A stretch of DNA of 64,000 nt from Parcubacteria group bacterium Gr01-1014_20. GTDB taxonomy: Bacteria; Patescibacteriota; Minisyncoccia; UBA6257; 2-01-FULL-56-20. Below are positions 10,661-19,548 of the stretch, piece by piece (positions within the stretch are counted from its first letter, which is position 1; each line of letters starts with the position of its first letter). A model generated the notes under the pieces. The model ran no database searches and was not told where the DNA came from. It saw only the letters and a program-made list of their open reading frames with translations. The stretch covers positions 1,945 through 65,944 of the forward strand of contig VMFW01000010.1 of the NCBI GenBank assembly GCA_007376265.1, read 5' to 3'. A program made the position numbers and the translations under genes.

Positions 10661-11315
10661 CGTAGCTTAGGGGGTTTTGGATGCTCTTTCCATTTACGAA
10701 AAAGGTTGGAGTGCCTTGGATTTGAGCTTTGAGGCCGCTCTGGTAATCACCTTCAATCTTGTCTTTAACGATTTGGGATTTGAGATCGACTTTAAACTGT
10801 TCAAGGTTTAGGCCAAGAGACTCGGCGTAGCCAATAACGATTTCTTCAGCGTTCGAAGCGTTTTCCCAAGACTTCTGGTTTTTATAGAGCAGGTCGTGCA
10901 TTTCCCAAAACTTTGCTTGCTTACCAGCGGCTTCGGCGGCCTGGGCCGTGATGTCAGCATTTTTGTGGATACTTCGGAGCGGGAAATATCTGTAGACAAA
11001 AGCAATGCTGTCGCCAAATTCTCGAACTATTTCTTTGGTGAACGGATGATAGGCGGCACAGGCGGGGCATTGGTAGTCGCCGTATTCAACTAAAACCACT
11101 TTGGCGTCGTTTTTGCCCAAAAACCAGTCGGTCTGGGAGATGCTATCGGTTAAGATGGCCGTTTGATTACCGGTAGGGTTGCCACCACCCACAAAGAGCA
11201 TGGAACCGACGGAACCAGCAATTACCGCGATCACGATCACCCAGGTGATAATCGACTTAACGTTCCCCTCTCGGGATTTTTTATTATTTTTTGAGAACCC
11301 AGATTGGTTATTCAT
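10602..11315 (-). CDS. DsbA-family thioredoxin-like oxidoreductase
   Basis: EYGDYQCPAC, FPLRSIH, GTPTFFVNG; N-terminal anchor. Confidence 0.92.
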   Translation of the reverse strand: MNNQSGFSKNNKKSREGNVKSIITWVIVIAVIAGSVGSMLFVGGGNPTGNQTAILTDSISQTDWFLGKNDAKVVLVEYGDYQCPACAAYHPFTKEIVREFGDSIAFVYRYFPLRSIHKNADITAQAAEAAGKQAKFWEMHDLLYKNQKSWENASNAEEIVIGYAESLGLNLEQFKVDLKSQIVKDKIEGDYQSGLKAQIQGTPTFFVNGKSIQNPLSYDEFRTILIKNGATPQAVSQ

Positions 11316-11469
11316 AGTTGGAACATCCTATCACTATTCGGGTAAAAATGCAAGCAGCGGCTTCAGGACTCGGTTAGGAATCTGAAATACCAAATTTGAA
11401 ATAAAATTAAGCTCAAAGAAACCGCGATAGCCCAAAGAAGATATCGCAGAAAGGAACGGCCAAAATTTT

Positions 11470-11787
11470 TCATGACTGTTTTCTCTTATCCAGCTTATCG
11501 AGGCCAATGAGTTTCACTCCAAAATAGACAACGAGGGCGATGACGACAAAGTCGATCACGGTGGCCACGAAACTGCCCCAGAGGATTTTAATGGGGCCGA
11601 CAACCAAGGCAGCGTCTTTTAGCTCCCCGGCTGATCCCAAGATGACACCGAGGAGTGGGTTGATAATATCGCTGACTAATGAAGCCACCATCTTTGAAAC
11701 GGCGCCGCCAAGAATAAAACCAACGGCCAAGCCCACCACGCCCTGCTCGCGGATGAAATCTAAAAATCCGTGAATTTTTTCCTTCAT
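11470..11787 (-). CDS. mscL: Large-conductance mechanosensitive channel
   Basis: VVGLAVGFILGGA, SLVSDIINP, GSFVATVIDF. Confidence 0.9.
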   Translation of the reverse strand: MKEKIHGFLDFIREQGVVGLAVGFILGGAVSKMVASLVSDIINPLLGVILGSAGELKDAALVVGPIKILWGSFVATVIDFVVIALVVYFGVKLIGLDKLDKRKQS

Positions 11788-11795
11788 GTTGGAGG

Positions 11796-11873
11796 TTAGC
11801 GATAGCGGATAGAGATATTTTTCCCGCTATTTTTCCGGTGTTTCTTTTTAGCCACTTTTTTCTTTTTGTTCAT
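11796..11873 (-). CDS. Putative 25-aa basic peptide MNKKKKVAKKKHRKNSGKNISIRYR
   Basis: TATACT-N6-ATG leaderless context; stop 8 nt before mscL. Confidence 0.5.
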   Translation of the reverse strand: MNKKKKVAKKKHRKNSGKNISIRYR

Positions 11874-11958
11874 AACTAAAGTATATAACACAGCCGTACC
11901 GGACCAAAGTTTTTTACAATGGAATGGTCACGCTGGTCGGTTTTCTAATTAGCCCGAC

Positions 11959-12258
11959 CTAACGCAGGAAATGCCAAATGAAGAAGATGAAGAGAGCCAG
12001 TCCGCCGAGGATGGTATTTAGTAAAACAAAGTTGATACTTTTCTTGATGTTTGTGGATTCCTTGGTTTTAAGGAATACGAAGTATAGGAGAAAAAATAGG
12101 ATAACCGCGAAGATACTCTTGGTGGTCCAGTGATGGCCAGTGACGGCTTTGAGCGAATTTTTGAACGGTTCGGAAAACTCGGCCCAAATGGTAACCAGGA
12201 CTGTAAACCAAATGGTGCCTAACGTTGCATAAATAAGGGCGGTGATATTTTTGGTCAT
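11959..12258 (-). CDS. Hypothetical membrane protein
   Basis: Three TM segments, GHHW motif; coupled to the upstream ORF. Confidence 0.75.
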   Translation of the reverse strand: MTKNITALIYATLGTIWFTVLVTIWAEFSEPFKNSLKAVTGHHWTTKSIFAVILFFLLYFVFLKTKESTNIKKSINFVLLNTILGGLALFIFFIWHFLR

Positions 12259-12737
12259 TAAAGTGGTGGGGTAAGGTTAGTTTCGATGGCGCCGCGGAAG
12301 CCACTTGAGATAAGGTAGCCCATGCCAGCCATAGAGAAGGCGAGGAGAACGATAAGCCCGCAGAGCAAAATTATAGAAACTTTTAAGCCTTGGTCGCTAA
12401 TTATCATGTTGCCGTATTTTTTGATTAGTGACCAAGCAAGGATGGCCAGGAATGGGAGGAAGAGGAAGAGGTGCTCTTTGGTTTCCATCATTACGCCATG
12501 AGCCCACGGAGTCGGGCCTCCTTTAATAATGGGCTTTACGTTAGTACCGTAATAGTCTACGTAGTAAAAACCGCCAACAAGCCACGCGGCGAAAAACATA
12601 ACGACACCCAAGAGGGCGGCTTTTTTCGCCCTAGAGATCCTGGCTTCGGTTGGGTTCAAAAGTTCAACCAAAGCCCATAGGAAGGCTAAGGCACCGAATT
12701 CACCTAGGGCAATGTGGATACCTACGAGTGGGCTCAT
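12258..12737 (-). CDS. Hypothetical membrane protein
   Basis: Four TM segments; PWAH..METKEH motif. Confidence 0.78.
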   Translation of the reverse strand: MSPLVGIHIALGEFGALAFLWALVELLNPTEARISRAKKAALLGVVMFFAAWLVGGFYYVDYYGTNVKPIIKGGPTPWAHGVMMETKEHLFLFLPFLAILAWSLIKKYGNMIISDQGLKVSIILLCGLIVLLAFSMAGMGYLISSGFRGAIETNLTPPL

Positions 12738-12804
12738 GATGGAATCGTTTTTTTCTGATGGCTACGCTTGTGTATCATAGCATATCTGGCGTTAAATTTT
12801 AGGA

Positions 12805-13356
12805 TCAGGCAGGTTTTTTCGAAATTTTTTGCCTGGTGCCGGCGGTGAGGGTGGGGGTGAAATATTTTTCAACTAGAGTTTCGAACTTTCTAATTAGGGG
12901 GTCGGAAATATTAAAAGGCTTGAAAACGGTAAGGGGCAGTAGAATTATCTCTTTATTGGGTTTTATAAAAGGCGGATGACTAAAACGGAAGTAGGGTTTT
13001 TCGACACAGTTTACAAAAATAATATTGGCTTCTTCCCAGTATTTGCGGATAATTGAAAGTTTTTGCAAGTCTTCGGCGTGACCCTTGGGGCTCCACCGGA
13101 ATTTTACCTCAACCAGATGCGGAAGATTTGTTTTATCGATCACGAAAAAGTCGGGTATGGCACGCATTTTTTCCGCCACTCTTGCATGTTTCTCGAAAGC
13201 CCCTGAAAGATTACTGCCGCCGTGCAAGATGGTTTCGTAACCAATTTTATAAACTGAATTGCCAGACTCTTTTAACAAATCGAAAACCAACGACTCGGCC
13301 ATGCGGCCTTTTAGATTAGTTTCCCGAGGTTCTTGTTCGACTTTAATTTTAGACAT
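12805..13356 (-). CDS. PD-(D/E)xK nuclease-like protein
   Basis: GRMAE...IPDF...VEVKFR pattern. Confidence 0.6.
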   Translation of the reverse strand: MSKIKVEQEPRETNLKGRMAESLVFDLLKESGNSVYKIGYETILHGGSNLSGAFEKHARVAEKMRAIPDFFVIDKTNLPHLVEVKFRWSPKGHAEDLQKLSIIRKYWEEANIIFVNCVEKPYFRFSHPPFIKPNKEIILLPLTVFKPFNISDPLIRKFETLVEKYFTPTLTAGTRQKISKKPA

Positions 13357-13366
13357 GTCCTTATAA

Positions 13367-13804
13367 TCAATACTCTAGTTTATTTACCCAGTCAGGAACT
13401 TTGACATCCACTGCACTGTCGTATTGCGGAGTATAGGGTTTCAAATCGAGGATGGGCGTATCTTTAATCACATCAAGCCCTCTTACGGTTACAACGCTAC
13501 CTTTAATACTCATGATTTTTGCTAAAGATAGGCCAATAGGATTGGGACGCCCTGGACAGCGACAAGCGAAAATACCGACCTCGGGCACCTCGCCGACTTT
13601 TCCCTGTGGCACGTGACGGATATCGCAGGTTTTCACATTGTGCATCCAGTAGATTACGAAAATATGGGAGTAATCGTCGAGTCCAGTCAATGCATCCTGA
13701 TATTCATCGTTGATGACAAGTTCGGTGACAACCTTATCCCACCCACCGAAGTGATCAATTTCCTGATTTCTAGCAAAACCGATGGTCTTGAGATTAATTT
13801 CCAC
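13367..13804 (-). CDS. tsaA: tRNA m6t6A37 methyltransferase TrmO/TsaA family
   Basis: GIFACRCPGRPNPIGLS, GLDVIKDTPILDLKPY; start moved to GTG after TATAAT-N6. Confidence 0.88.
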   Translation of the reverse strand: MEINLKTIGFARNQEIDHFGGWDKVVTELVINDEYQDALTGLDDYSHIFVIYWMHNVKTCDIRHVPQGKVGEVPEVGIFACRCPGRPNPIGLSLAKIMSIKGSVVTVRGLDVIKDTPILDLKPYTPQYDSAVDVKVPDWVNKLEY

Positions 13805-13897
13805 AGTCAAATTATACGACAACAACCTCCTCTCAAGGAAGACCAGGTTTGCCAAAATAGTCTAGGGGACGGTTTGGAAACAGACGGGTTTCCCGCC

Positions 13898-14386
13898 CTA
13901 CTCCAGAATTGGATTTTTTTGAACAAGCGGAGTTCTGGCCCACGCGCTACCAAAACCTAAGTACTTACCAGCGTTAGCTGTGGTAAACAGCAGGAGTAGG
14001 AGGCCGTAGATAATATGGTCGTCGAGTAATGGGTTATTCTCTGGCTGTATGCTCGCCAGATACATAAAGAGCATTAGAAGCGCGCCCGAGTAGCCCCCGA
14101 TGCGAACTCCAATCCCGAGTAGCAACGCCAACCCAATGAGTAAGAGACCCAACATAAAAAGCCAGTCAACGATCGGATTACCGGCCATCGCGTGAAAAGT
14201 TTCTACAAAAGGACCTTTGGCGGCGAACTTTAGAAATCCCAGGGTTGGGGAGCCTCCAGCCAACCAGGATTTTTCGGGCGCGGTGGCAAAACCAAGCCCT
14301 AAAAGTTTATCGACGAACGCCCACAAGAAAATCCAACCCATACCAATCCTCAATAGGCCGAGGATGGTTTTTGATTTGTTTTCCAT
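13898..14386 (-). CDS. DoxX family membrane protein
   Basis: LRIGMGWIFLWAFVDK, GGSPTLGFL, NPLLDDH. Confidence 0.85.
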   Translation of the reverse strand: MENKSKTILGLLRIGMGWIFLWAFVDKLLGLGFATAPEKSWLAGGSPTLGFLKFAAKGPFVETFHAMAGNPIVDWLFMLGLLLIGLALLLGIGVRIGGYSGALLMLFMYLASIQPENNPLLDDHIIYGLLLLLFTTANAGKYLGFGSAWARTPLVQKNPILE

Positions 14387-14403
14387 ACACTAATTCTAGC
14401 AAA

Positions 14404-15459
14404 TTAGATGTTTTCGATTGATTCCCAGGGAAGACCGGGTTTGCCAAAGTGGCCATAGGCGGCCGTTTGCAGATAGATCGACTTCCGAAGATCGAGGCGC
14501 TCAATAATGGCTTTGGGCCGAAAATCGAATTTCTGATTGACCAGACTCGCAATGCTCTCGCCTTTTTCGTTCAGCGCTTCAACCATTAAGGGTTCGGCTC
14601 GGCCGATGGCGTAGGCGACGGAAACTAAACACTTTTCGGCGTGGCCGTTCGTCACTAAATTTTTAGCCACAAAACGCGCCATGTAGGCGGCCGAACGATC
14701 AACTTTGGTTGGATCCTTACCGGAGAAAGCGCCGCCGCCGTGAGGAACGAGACCACAATAGGTGTCCACCATGATTTTACGACCGGTTAGGCCAGCATCG
14801 CCAGCGAAGCCACCGATCACAAATTTGCCTGTAGGGTTAACGAGGATTTCAATGTCGTCTATGTGGCCAATAACTGGCCTTATAAGATTATGGATTAAAG
14901 CCTGCTTGATTTCGGCTTGAGAAACATTTTCGGCGTGCTGACAACTGACCAGAACAGTTTTGATTTTATCGCCGTGAACGGTGAGTTGAGCTTTGCCATC
15001 AGACCCTAGCCAATCAAATTTCCCACTCTTTCTCATTTTTTCTAAACCTTTGGTTAGGGCGTGCACCAGGAAAACACTTTTGGGCATAAACTCACTTCCA
15101 GGATTATTTTCGGCGTAACCGTACATAATGCCTTGATCCCCTGCCCCACCAGTATCGACGCCTTGCGCAATGTCGGGCGATTGTTTAACGAGGTGAGAGA
15201 TGATTTTGAGCTCGTCGGTGTAGCCGAGATTTTTATAAACATTTTTGGCGATTTCTTCAGCCTCAAATTTGGCGCTCGTGGTCACTTCACCGCCTATAAC
15301 TAGGAGCCCATGGGAACCCATGACTTCGACGGCGACGCGGCTTTTGGGATCTTGTCTTAGACATTCATCTAAAATCGCATCGGAGATTTGGTCGCAAACT
15401 TTGTCGGGATGACCAGAGGTAACGCTTTCAACGGTAAAAATACTTGGTTTGTAGAACAT
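14404..15459 (-). CDS. metK: S-adenosylmethionine synthetase
   Basis: ESVTSGHPDK, GAGDQG, GGGAFSGKDPTKVDRS. Confidence 0.97.
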   Translation of the reverse strand: MFYKPSIFTVESVTSGHPDKVCDQISDAILDECLRQDPKSRVAVEVMGSHGLLVIGGEVTTSAKFEAEEIAKNVYKNLGYTDELKIISHLVKQSPDIAQGVDTGGAGDQGIMYGYAENNPGSEFMPKSVFLVHALTKGLEKMRKSGKFDWLGSDGKAQLTVHGDKIKTVLVSCQHAENVSQAEIKQALIHNLIRPVIGHIDDIEILVNPTGKFVIGGFAGDAGLTGRKIMVDTYCGLVPHGGGAFSGKDPTKVDRSAAYMARFVAKNLVTNGHAEKCLVSVAYAIGRAEPLMVEALNEKGESIASLVNQKFDFRPKAIIERLDLRKSIYLQTAAYGHFGKPGLPWESIENI

Positions 15460-15576
15460 GGGTTTATAAATATTGTTTGTAATCCTTCGACTGGCTCAGG
15501 ATATTTTCGCCTCAGAAAAAAATATTATGGGGGCGAAAATAAAAATCTTCCACGAGGAAGATATAAGTTTCGACGA

Positions 15577-15695
15577 CTTTATCTTTCCTCGGAGTCCTTT
15601 CGGACCGAGGCTGGATTTAGCACCTTCTCTTTTTTACAAAGAGCGGTTGCTGGCGGGTCATCGAGCCAGAACTCTCGCCGCGCTCAAGATAAGCT
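15577..15695 (-). promoter_or_regulatory. SAM-I (S-box) riboswitch
   Basis: CTTATC...GAGAG..CTGGCTCGATGA...CAGCAACC...GGTGCTAAATCC...AAAGATAAAG upstream of metK; promoter TTGACA-N16-TATCAT further upstream. Confidence 0.92.
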
Positions 15696-15832
15696 ATTAA
15701 TATTAAGTTGTAATCTAATGATAGTTAAGTATCCCGGGTTGTCAATTAAACTTGTTGATAGCTCTACTGAATCTTAGAAACAAAAAACCGCCCCCAGGTT
15801 TTGCCAAAGGACGGTTTTTCGAAAATAGTGTT

Positions 15833-16030
15833 TTAGGCTCGCGCGACGTTTGTAGCGGCTGGGCCCTTTTCACCGTTGACGATTTCAAAGGTGACGGTAT
15901 CGCCAACTTTCAATTCATCGAAGGTTACACCATTAAGCTCCTTGGAGTGGAAGAAAAGGTCCTTTTCCTCGCCTTCGCGAGAAATGAATCCAAAGCCTCT
16001 ATCCGTGAGCGTTTTGATTGTTCCTGTCAT
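15833..16030 (-). CDS. cspA: Cold-shock protein
   Basis: RGFGFI, DLFFH, GEKGPAATNV. Confidence 0.95.
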   Translation of the reverse strand: MTGTIKTLTDRGFGFISREGEEKDLFFHSKELNGVTFDELKVGDTVTFEIVNGEKGPAATNVARA

Positions 16031-16176
16031 TAATTTGTCTTGTTATGCTAGAAATTCGACCACATCTCTTAGTTTAAGTTCCATTATAATACTTGGTTTT
16101 GATTCTGTCAATACACGCATAAATCCCCACCTTAGCGGGGATTTATGGGCTATTTTCTTGGTTTTTGGGGGTTTCG

Positions 16177-17745
16177 CTATGGGGTGGTCGTGAAGCTCGC
16201 TTCTACCGAGGTTCCAGCATTCATAGCAACATCTTTGGATTCAACTATGTAGTGGTAGGTGGTCGAGGCGACAAGACCGGTGAGATTGACGAGGTGAGTC
16301 ATGAAAGTGCCGGATGAAGAGACAAACGCGGCTACTCCCAGATTCAGCGGCGAGGTGGTGCCGTAGTAAACTTTGCTTGTGGCAAGTTCGTTGGTAGTCC
16401 AGCCAATCGATGCGCTAGTTGAAGAAAGGCTAGAAACGTTCACAGCTGAAACTATGGGGGCGGTTATGTCGGGTGTGGCGGTGGTAAGGACATTCTCACC
16501 GGATGTAGTTTTGTTGCCGGCCGCATCTTCAGTTTCAATCAGAAAATAGTAATTGGTGAATTGATTCAGACCGGTCAGGGCGACCGAGTGGCTGGTGACA
16601 AACGCAGTCATGGCGACGGAGGTGGCGGTAGTTAAACCAACCGGGGTGCTGGTCGCAAAGTAGACTTTGCTTTTGGCTGGCTCGTTAGTTGTCCAGTTTA
16701 CGGTTGCGCCGGAGACGGTAATGTTGGTGACGCCAATCGAAGAAATGGTGGCTGGCAAAGTGTCGGCCGCGGGGGTGGCGGTGGTAAACGAACCCTGGTT
16801 TGAAGTCACTTTATTCATAACGGCATCTTTGGATTCAACCATGTAGTAATAGGTGGTCGAGGCAATGAGGCCGGTTAGACTCATTGAGTGACCAGTTACC
16901 AGTAAAGAACTTTCGGTTGCAGTAGAAGAGGTGGTGACTGGTGAGGAGGTTGAGTAGTAAACCTTGGTTGTAGCGGCTTCGTTTGTGGTCCAACTGATTG
17001 TGGCACCAGAGATCGTGATCGATGTTGCAGCCAGCGAAGAGATGGTTGGAGCGACAGTATCTGGGGTTGAGCTGGGTTGGGGCCCGATTTTCTTAAGAAT
17101 GCCGGGCGGTAAAACCTGACAGATTGGAACGATGGGCTTGTCGTTTTTCTTCAACCAGCCTTTGGCGATTAAGTGGCCGGGTGGGACGATAATACAGAAT
17201 CCAGCCTTCCTGATGGCTCGAGTTGAATTATCGTTATCATCTCCATCGTCATTATCTTCATCATCGTCGTCATCTTCGTGCTGGGCTTTTTCGGCTTTGG
17301 TTAACCGATTTTCCTTAAGAAACTCATTGAGCTTCTTGAGGGTTTTGGGACCAACGATGCCAAGCTGGTCAATGCCGTGCTTAGCCTGAAATTTCATCAC
17401 GGCTTTGGATGTCAAAAGACCGTAATAACCCGTCACTAAACCTTCGGGATAGATATTCGGATCGGCGGCTAAAAGTACCTGGAGAACGGTAACATCGTCG
17501 CCCGAAGATCCCTGTCTTAAGCTTTTTAACAATTCCAGAACTTGGCCTTGCTGCTCAACTTGAAGTTCGACTGATTTTTTTTGGAGAGCTTTGATCTGGT
17601 TCTGCAGATCAAGGATCTGCTGGGTCAGCTGGTTAATCATTTGCAACTGAGTCTGGGCGGTCGAGGTTTGGGCCGACACACCAGCTGGAGCGATTGCCCC
17701 AAAACCTAGAGTTAAGACTAGAAACGAAACTATGTATTTTTGCAT
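16177..17745 (-). CDS. Secreted peptidoglycan-binding protein with three fibronectin type III-like repeats
   Basis: Signal peptide, TGYYGLLT..AVMKFQ PG-binding motif, three 'WTTNE.A.SKVY...H.V.LTGL...T.YY' repeats. Confidence 0.85.
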   Translation of the reverse strand: MQKYIVSFLVLTLGFGAIAPAGVSAQTSTAQTQLQMINQLTQQILDLQNQIKALQKKSVELQVEQQGQVLELLKSLRQGSSGDDVTVLQVLLAADPNIYPEGLVTGYYGLLTSKAVMKFQAKHGIDQLGIVGPKTLKKLNEFLKENRLTKAEKAQHEDDDDDEDNDDGDDNDNSTRAIRKAGFCIIVPPGHLIAKGWLKKNDKPIVPICQVLPPGILKKIGPQPSSTPDTVAPTISSLAATSITISGATISWTTNEAATTKVYYSTSSPVTTSSTATESSLLVTGHSMSLTGLIASTTYYYMVESKDAVMNKVTSNQGSFTTATPAADTLPATISSIGVTNITVSGATVNWTTNEPAKSKVYFATSTPVGLTTATSVAMTAFVTSHSVALTGLNQFTNYYFLIETEDAAGNKTTSGENVLTTATPDITAPIVSAVNVSSLSSTSASIGWTTNELATSKVYYGTTSPLNLGVAAFVSSSGTFMTHLVNLTGLVASTTYHYIVESKDVAMNAGTSVEASFTTTP

Positions 17746-17827
17746 TTTTTTATTATTTTTATTTGTTTTTGATGTTTTTGACCTTTTTTCTCGATTTAGC
17801 GCGAGATTTCGCTTTATACTAAGGTGT

Positions 17828-17853
17828 TACGGGTTCCTTTTAGGAAAGTTACA
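17828..17853 (-). promoter_or_regulatory. ECF-type promoter TGTAAC-N16-CGTA
   Basis: Upstream of the PG-binding/Fn3 gene. Confidence 0.6.
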
Positions 17854-17867
17854 GGCTACTGTAGATT

Positions 17868-18272
17868 CTACTTGATAAATAACACAGTGAGTAGGAGCAG
17901 GGTGAATTCGATGGCGGATACAACACACCAAGTGCAAAAGGCGCGGAGGATAAAGGCTTGGATAAAGGTGAAATAAATAGAAAAGACAAACCCGATCCAG
18001 ATAATGGTTGAAATGGGCGCAAAACTTGTGAGGCTACCAGATGAAAAAAGGAGGCTTAAAATCAAAATCACGAAGTACATTCCTAGGCCGGCATAAGGAT
18101 TGGGAATCCCAAGTGTGCGACTAAATTTGCTCTCCTGAACTTTTTGGCACCACTCGGGCGGGAAAAATAAGCATTTGACTGGGGTTTTTCTGTAGGCGTG
18201 ATAGCTTAGGTAGCTCGTGTTAACGATGCCGATAACTGACAAGACGATGATTATTAAAACATTCAAATCCAT
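17868..18272 (-). CDS. VKOR family protein (second copy)
   Basis: C......CQKV..S.FS..LGIP and FCTWC motif. Confidence 0.88.
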   Translation of the reverse strand: MDLNVLIIIVLSVIGIVNTSYLSYHAYRKTPVKCLFFPPEWCQKVQESKFSRTLGIPNPYAGLGMYFVILILSLLFSSGSLTSFAPISTIIWIGFVFSIYFTFIQAFILRAFCTWCVVSAIEFTLLLLTVLFIK

Positions 18273-18296
18273 AGATTTATTATACTCCTTTGGTTA

Positions 18297-18370
18297 TGGT
18301 CGGGCTGCCGGGAATCGAACCCGGTCTTCACGAACCCGAATCGCGCGTACTACCGGTATACTACAGCCCG
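18297..18370 (-). tRNA. tRNA-Pro(CGG)
   Basis: Cloverleaf starting CGGGCTG, anticodon CGG, encoded CCA. Confidence 0.93.
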
Positions 18371-18400
18371 TTACGATATACAGATTATAGGAAAGTTGTT

Positions 18401-18829
18401 TTATTTGCCAGTCGTGCCAAAACCACCACGGGTTTTGTTGCCCATGACTTTAGTTTCTTGCCAGTCGGCTCTTTCAATTTTTACGAAAGTGCCTTGGGCA
18501 ATGCGCTCACCACGCTCAACTAAAACGGGTTTGCTGGTGAAGTTGTAGTAGGCGGCTTTCAGCTCATCTTCATCCCCGGAGTAGTCGGGATCAACGATGC
18601 CAATACCGTTCGCTAAAAGCAAGCCTTTTTTGTGCGTGGAACTCCTAGCGGCCACCAAGAGAAAATACCCTTCGGGAGTTTCGATGGCATTGTTAAGCGG
18701 GATGTAGGCAACGCTACTGGGCTGGATTTCCGTAGTCTCCCGTGCGTACAAATCAAAAGCGGCGGCTTTTTCGGTCTTGTGCTCGGGCAAGGGCAGATCC
18801 GGGTGGAATCTTTTAATGCGAACTTTCAT
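18401..18829 (-). CDS. dut: dUTP diphosphatase
   Basis: AAFDL, ARSS, GIVDPDYSG, RIAQ, RGGFGTTG. Confidence 0.93.
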   Translation of the reverse strand: MKVRIKRFHPDLPLPEHKTEKAAAFDLYARETTEIQPSSVAYIPLNNAIETPEGYFLLVAARSSTHKKGLLLANGIGIVDPDYSGDEDELKAAYYNFTSKPVLVERGERIAQGTFVKIERADWQETKVMGNKTRGGFGTTGK

Positions 18830-18876
18830 TGAGCTTAGTTTACTAGAGTTTTAGAAAATAAAAAGAGCCCTATTCA

Positions 18877-19194
18877 TTAGGGCTCTTTGGGCCAGTTTTT
18901 GCAAGACCTCTGAATATTTTCAATCCAGGATTTTGTGGCATGGTGCCAAAACTTGTCGAAACACTTTTGACACTCAACAACGACTATACCAATTTTCCAA
19001 TAATCAGAGTCTTTGGGCAGGGGAAGTTTTGACTGAAGTTCAAATCCAACTATGCAATCATTCCTCTGTTCAAGCTCTTTAATGTTCTTAAGATCTTCAT
19101 ACATTCTCCAGCCGCATTTAACACAACACAATGCTGACGAATAGGTGGCGATATGATAATCAACGCCCCAAGACCGAAGAACCGGCTTAGTCAT
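18877..19194 (-). CDS. Hypothetical Cys-rich (zinc-ribbon-like) protein, paralogue B
   Basis: SWGVDY, CVKC, DCIVGF, ECQKCF..FW.H; start moved to ATG after GGAG. Confidence 0.75.
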   Translation of the reverse strand: MTKPVLRSWGVDYHIATYSSALCCVKCGWRMYEDLKNIKELEQRNDCIVGFELQSKLPLPKDSDYWKIGIVVVECQKCFDKFWHHATKSWIENIQRSCKNWPKEP

Positions 19195-19495
19195 TTGATG
19201 CTTCTCCTTTATTTCTCTCTTCCGCTTCAATCACATCAGGAATCATCTGCTCCCAGACATGAAACCAGAAATTGGCGAAGCACTTGGGGCATTCTATGAC
19301 AATGATGCCTTTTTTCCCGGGATTAGCGGGATCTTCCGGATTAGAAGTTGAAAATCCAACAATGCAATCTCGCCAGTCTTTGAACCTATGGGACATATAT
19401 CCAAACATAAACCAATCGCCATTAGGACAGGCACATGAGGGCGAATAGGAGCACCCTTGATAATCTACACCCCAAGACTTTGAGACTTTGGTCAC
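19187..19495 (-). CDS. Hypothetical Cys-rich (zinc-ribbon-like) protein, paralogue A
   Basis: SWGVDY, DCIVGF, ECPKCF..FW.H; TTGACG-N17-TATATT promoter, AAGGAGG, GTG start. Confidence 0.75.
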   Translation of the reverse strand: MTKVSKSWGVDYQGCSYSPSCACPNGDWFMFGYMSHRFKDWRDCIVGFSTSNPEDPANPGKKGIIVIECPKCFANFWFHVWEQMIPDVIEAEERNKGEASND

Positions 19496-19548
19496 ACCCC
19501 CTCCTTTTCTGCTTTCAGCAATATACCCAGTCAACAAGAAATCGTCAA

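Noticed and set aside
15473-15777. Plus-strand ORFs upstream of metK
   Set aside because: They overlap the SAM-I riboswitch on the opposite strand.
16177-17070. Internal DNA repeats
   Set aside because: Explained by three Fn3-like protein repeats; not a CRISPR array.
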